From the human T2T-CHM13v2.0 reference genome, Homo sapiens: a stretch of 64,000 nt of DNA. The stretch lies in the NCBI RefSeq assembly GCF_009914755.1, contig NC_060937.1; one strand, 5' to 3'. Made by a program: the position numbers and the translations under genes. The stretch's first letter is position 1. The number at the start of each line of letters is the position of its first letter. The notes beneath the pieces are model-generated. The model had not been told where the DNA came from. It was given only the letters and a program-made list of their open reading frames with translations, and searched no databases. Shown piece by piece: positions 58,887-64,000 of the stretch.

Positions 58887-60024
58887 CTACTATGTTGAAA
58901 ATATTGCCCTAGGCCCTCTATTCCTGGACTCAGGATTGTGAATGGTTACTGGGTGAGGTAGAGAGTCAGTAAGAAAAAATTTCATTACATCGTTTTATTT
59001 GCTGAAAGATATGGGAGAGTAGCCAACATCCAGAAAGCCTAGATCAAAATTGAAATGCCCTTGTTGATCTGGGCAGGCAGTCAAGACAACCTAACTGAGG
59101 AGTCAGTGAGGGCAAGGACAGAGTAGTGGACCTTGGAAGAAAAAGCAAACCCTTCATCAGTACAATGGAGAATACTTTGCTGTGTTAAAATGAAGGTCAG
59201 GCTCTGTGTACACTTAAAACAGGTGTTCAATACATATGCATTGATTGATGTTGGTTGATGTATTTTGAATGCCAGACAGATTGTGAGTCATCAGTGTTAC
59301 AATGTAGCTTAAATAAATGTGAGCTGTGCCTGTAAAATAGCAATACAACAATGAGAACCAAAAAACATCATTCAGCCTCTCACTGTGCAGCCTTATTTGT
59401 CCCATCTGCCACAAGACTCTGATTACCGAGAGGGAGGGACTTCCCAGTTAGATGATAAATAATTCTTTAGGGGAGAAATAAAGGGGAATCTTCAATGGGA
59501 AAGACTTTGGCAGTGGGGCCTGACCAATTTCTTTCAGTGAAGACCTCGATTGATTTCTTATGGGTAGACTAGTGGTGTCATTTGCAAAGATGCTGAGAAA
59601 GACCTTCTCCACAGAAGGTATTTGATAAAAGAGAACAGGGTGGGAGAGGGTGATTGCAGGTTGAAAGTGGAAGAAAAACTTGATATGGTAGTTGACCATA
59701 AGTATGTACGAAGATGTGGCTTAATTTTGTTTTTATTACTTTCTTGATAAAAACCTCACCATCTGTAGGATACAGTGAAACAAATATGACTGAGGATTAC
59801 TTTCTGGGTCATGTTAGGTTACTTATTTTCTGTTTTGGAAATCAAGGCCTATGCGCGGTATTGAAGTTCACGTTATCATTAGGGTGCTCTTATGTTTTGG
59901 TTTCCTTGGGGAGAAATCTCTGTACATGTTATTGCCTCAGTGTTATCATTATAGTACCATCTTTCCTCAAAAGGATCCTGATTTTGACAATGAGTTATAT
60001 GGCTAGTGAGTGGTAGAGTCTTGG

Positions 60025-60310
60025 TAGTGGAGTAGAGTGATTAAAAATATGAACTCTAGCACAAAATTCTCAGGGGAAAAATTCAAGCTGAGTCACTTTT
60101 TAGTCTTGTAACCTTTACTTAATATCTCTCTACTGTGAGATATTTCCTTAATATCCTTAATAATTTCCTTAATATCTCTCTACTGTGGTTACTGTAAAGC
60201 AGGACTAATAATAACATCTGTTAAGGTGGATTCTCATTAAACATCATTTAATGAGAATTAAATGAATCATTATGCATAAAGCCCTTCAAAGAGTGCCTAA
60301 CATATGAAAG
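60025..60310 (+). mobile_element. MIR carrying a complex local duplication
   Basis: agagtgattaaaaatatgaactctag ... ctgtaaagcaggactaataata ... tgagaattaaatgaatcattatgcataaagcccttcaaagagtgcctaacata. Confidence 0.7.
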
Positions 60311-60334
60311 CTCTATACAAGCTTTACCTTATAT

Positions 60335-60505
60335 ACTATTTAATTCTCACAAAATTCTTGTAATGAAGGTGTTATGATGCCCCTTTGCAAATGAGTATAC
60401 TGAAGTATCAAAATGTTTAGAAACTTTACATAGGCAAAACAGCTAAGGGGTAGTAGTTGAAGTATTTGGTCTTGACTTTGACCTCAAATGATCCATTATT
60501 CCACA
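60335..60505 (-). mobile_element. MIR fragment
   Basis: tttaattctcacaaaattcttgtaatgaaggtgttatgatgccccttttgcaaatgagtatactgaag. Confidence 0.6.
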
Positions 60506-61439
60506 AAGTAGTTTAGCCTCAACACCACTTTATGCCCTTTCTTCATTTTCTAGAATGAGTCAGAATAAGGAGCTATGTGTTCATTCTTACACTCATTCAA
60601 TTCTATATTAATTTCCTGTTAAAAAATCTCTCACCAGAGCAGATATTTCTTTGGGGGGCTGGGAATGGAGGGGAGCAGATGATAGGATACCATTCTTATG
60701 ATGAGATAGTGTCTTGCACTCATCTTGCTTAATACATCTCTTTATAGGGCTCACAGAGGGTAGGCCCAGGCCAGCTGTATACCCATTAAGCTACTAGTTT
60801 TCCCTAAATCATGACTTGTTAACAGAACTTCCAGATAAGTAGAGAGTCTAGGATCATTCTCACAGTGGAACCTAGAAGAGATGTCTATGGGGTAGCTGTG
60901 GAAGCAGATCACAGAGCCTTTGCAGCATGAGAAGAGAGGAAGGATGTTCTCGCTTCACCCAAGAGAGAACAAACATGGTTCAAACAGCCAACAGACCCTG
61001 GCTGCATAGACCAATAGGTCTATGCATGCACCTGTGTTCCAACTGGTCAAAGGCCAAAGGGAACGGACTTGCTTATTAATGCCAACCTGCATGAATTATC
61101 CACCAACGCCCAGGCCACTCCCCTCCCTGTTAGTCCTTCTCACTGTAGACGCCTCTTTCCCAGCTCTTAGATGAAACTCTGCCCAATGGGCAGGAATTTG
61201 GTACCAGAAAAATATAGTATTTCTCCATATTTTAATAAAAATTTAGCTCAGTTTTGAAAAAAATACAATTTCAAAGCTTGCATTCCTTGGTTTATAGACT
61301 TAAGATTTACAGATGTGTCACACTACACCATCTTGGGAGATAGCCTCATTTCAATTTTTGCAACTCCACTTCTTCCTGGCTTTGTTTTCTGTCTGTGAAG
61401 CTTAATTCCTCAAGTTGAACTTTTTAAAAAGATATCAAA

Positions 61440-61575
61440 CTGTTGCTTAAACTCTGTATCCCATCTGTCAAATGAGAATAACAACATATATTAGGGTTAT
61501 TGTGAGGATAAGAAATATTTTATATAATGTGCCTGTTCTATAGGGCCTGAGACACCATGTGCCCAAATACTACTA
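61440..61575 (+). mobile_element. MIR fragment
   Basis: ttgcttaaactctgtatcccatctgtcaaatgagaataacaacatatattagggttattgtgaggataa. Confidence 0.65.
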
Positions 61576-63819
61576 CTACCACTATGGTCACACCTAATGG
61601 TAGTAATAGTAAATACAATAATAACAGGCAGACTTGTTCTAATAGCATGGTCACTTTAATTTGTCAGGCTGGTATATTCTATTACATCAGTATTTATGGT
61701 ATCTATACTAAGTTATTGAGGTTATCAGGTTAATGTATGTACCTAGGACACATAATGCTTTTTCCACAATGGTAGGTCCCTTCCTTTATGCAAAGGAGCT
61801 TACTTTGTTCTTCCCTGAAACGGTGTGTTTGTCTTATATAGACAAGCATGCAGAGAACATTTTACTTTTTAAAAGAGTACATTTCCATACTTATCAAGGA
61901 AATGAAAGCTTTTCAAGAAAATTCCTGTGAAAAGTCTAAGATTATTAAAAGAAAAACTGTTGAGGCAAAAAGAAACAAAACATTTCACCTTTTTCCCTAT
62001 AGAAGCCAGAGTGTGCTTCTCACAAAAGCCTGTGCAACCTCCAATTTTATTCAAGAGCTAAAGAAACTAGCAGTCTCCAAGGCTCCAAGATTTAATTTCC
62101 ATTGCATAGGATGCCCCTCACATCAGAATTAATCAGTTTTCATTTCCACTGTCCCATTTCCCTTTAGGAACCCTGTGGCGTAAACCTCAAAGTTAAACAC
62201 AAATATTCATCCACTCAACCTGTTTTGAAGAGTTAAACATTCAGGGACATAAATCATTGGCAGTGATGGGTGCACACTGATTTGGGCACAATTCATCTCC
62301 TTTGTCTAAATGTACAGAGTCTGTTTCAGCTTCTCCTGTGTTCATAATAGCCAGGGCTTTGCTCCAAGATATCAGGCCAAATGATCAGACATTTATGGTG
62401 TTTGCTGCCTGTACACAGATGGAACACATGTTGATTTTGTTTCTTTTTTTAAGAGGAAAACAATCAGATGTATGAAATGGCTTTTAGCCTCTTAATTTGC
62501 TTTGGGTGACTTCCGTAACATTATCTAGGTATTTAGTTTTGCTACTTCTACAAACCTTCATTTGTTTTACTTCATTTGTTGATATCCTAGAGTTTTTAGA
62601 AAATCACTTCTGAGGTTGTAATTTCCTGTTAACAATGTGAACAATTGTGGACCTATCTTCTTTGTTAATCTCTTGGTTTGTAGAAGTTTTGGGTATCCTT
62701 AAAAGCAAAGTAAATGTCAGCGCCAGCTCCAGGATTGTGCCGTGTTTACAGAATTGGGTACTTGTTTGTTTGTGAAAAGATGGGCCCGGTGTTGCGTATC
62801 CACAGTGGCTCAGATTTAGTCTTATGTGTGTGTGTTTATTTCCTATACTTGCTGTGGTACACTTCATGGATAAAGGATGGGGCTTCCCAGAGTGACTTTT
62901 GTAGCAATAAAGGACTTAACGGTCTGCTTATCCTTTCTCTGTTTCTTGCTGTTTCAACCCTTAGCAAATTCTTGCAGTTGTTCCAGTTCAAAAAGTGGAC
63001 AAAGGATAGGGCAGTGCTCATTTTCAAATCCCTCTTTTAGGAGAGATTGGAGGAAAGCAGAGAGGATGAAATGTAGTTTAGAACCTTTCCTTCCCCAAGA
63101 TAATTAGCATTCTCTTCAAATTCATTGGTCTCTGGGGGATCTGTTCTACCTTTAAGTTGGCTCCAAACTGAATGCAGGTATTATAGGCAGAGAAGCTCGA
63201 GGGAGTTTGAGATGTGCCTTCAGAGCATAATAAATATCTTACTTAGGGTGTGTTTACTTAGTCCTAAAGGATTCAGCAAGTTTTTGAAGTCATAAATTAC
63301 TTCTCTTCAAATTTGATTGTACAAATAATATATTCCTTATAGATATTTTTTAAAGTTCATTTTGGATGTACAATTTAGAAATAATAGTATAGTTGTTTGT
63401 CTTTTTATTCTTGAGTGTTGGCAAACGCAGTGAGGAAAATATCATATGTGGTTCATTGCTGGAGACTAGTTTAAGGAAGAACCTAAATTAGCTACAGAAG
63501 TTAATTCTAACTTTGGTAGTGTCAGATAACAGGACTCCAACATGCAATGATGTTGCTGGTTTTTCTGGGTGTTGCTGTTGTTGACACTTAAGTCTGTATA
63601 AATCCTAGAGACAGTAATCTGCCCCAGCAAACACAGACTTCTGTGGAACAAGCTGCTGTATGTAGGAACCGACAAACTCTTCTCAAGTAGGTGTGTCTAA
63701 CTAAAATAAAACCACTGAGGAAAATGGCTTGATACTAAACTTCCCTAAACCAGGTAGGTGTGTTTTCTGTCCTTCTATGGTAATTGTATTAACCTCACCA
63801 AAATTTCTCTGAAAACACA

Positions 63820-63966
63820 GCCTTGAAATTGTTTGTATTCTTGCTTGTCTCCAACTGAACTGTAAGCTCCCTAAGGATTTTATTCACTGGTTAATACCTT
63901 GGGCATGACATTCCAATGTCTGAATGGGAGTAAGCATTTGAAATATTAGTGTATTGATTAATAAAT
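63820..63966 (+). mobile_element. L2 3'-end fragment
   Basis: ttgtctccaactgaactgtaagctccctaagg...tattcactg...aatattagtgtattgattaataaat. Confidence 0.55.
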
Positions 63967-64000
63967 AGGACTCCTTGTGTTAAAGCAAAACCTGACTCTT

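Overview
This is AT-rich, CpG-poor human intergenic or deep-intronic DNA. The species call rests on a near-consensus AluYb8, a human-specific subfamily, at 13400-13716. I found no host protein-coding exon, RNA gene or CpG island. Every ORF with recognisable homology is a LINE-1 ORF2 remnant or a translated Alu/LTR. The window is a mosaic of Alu, L1 (old L1M to L1PA3), MaLR/ERVL and ERV9 (LTR12) LTRs, DNA-transposon fossils, MIR/L2/L3 fragments and microsatellites, with two repeat-poor stretches (~8.7-12.2 kb and ~19.4-32.6 kb). I did not find a new biological system. The best signals are mechanistic scars readable from the sequence. (1) One ancient L1 insertion appears to combine a 5' inversion with a ~650-bp 3' transduction, inside an MLT1A internal region. 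(2) A twin-primed L1PA3 has its target-site duplication (TSD) and priming microhomology intact. (3) A 140-bp tail-less L1 fragment with a TSD looks internally primed. (4) A templated-insertion repair scar sits inside a MIR. (5) An intact LTR12 promoter and a possibly polymorphic AluYb8 are present. Subfamily names come from recalled consensus features, not a database search. Boundaries of old elements are approximate.
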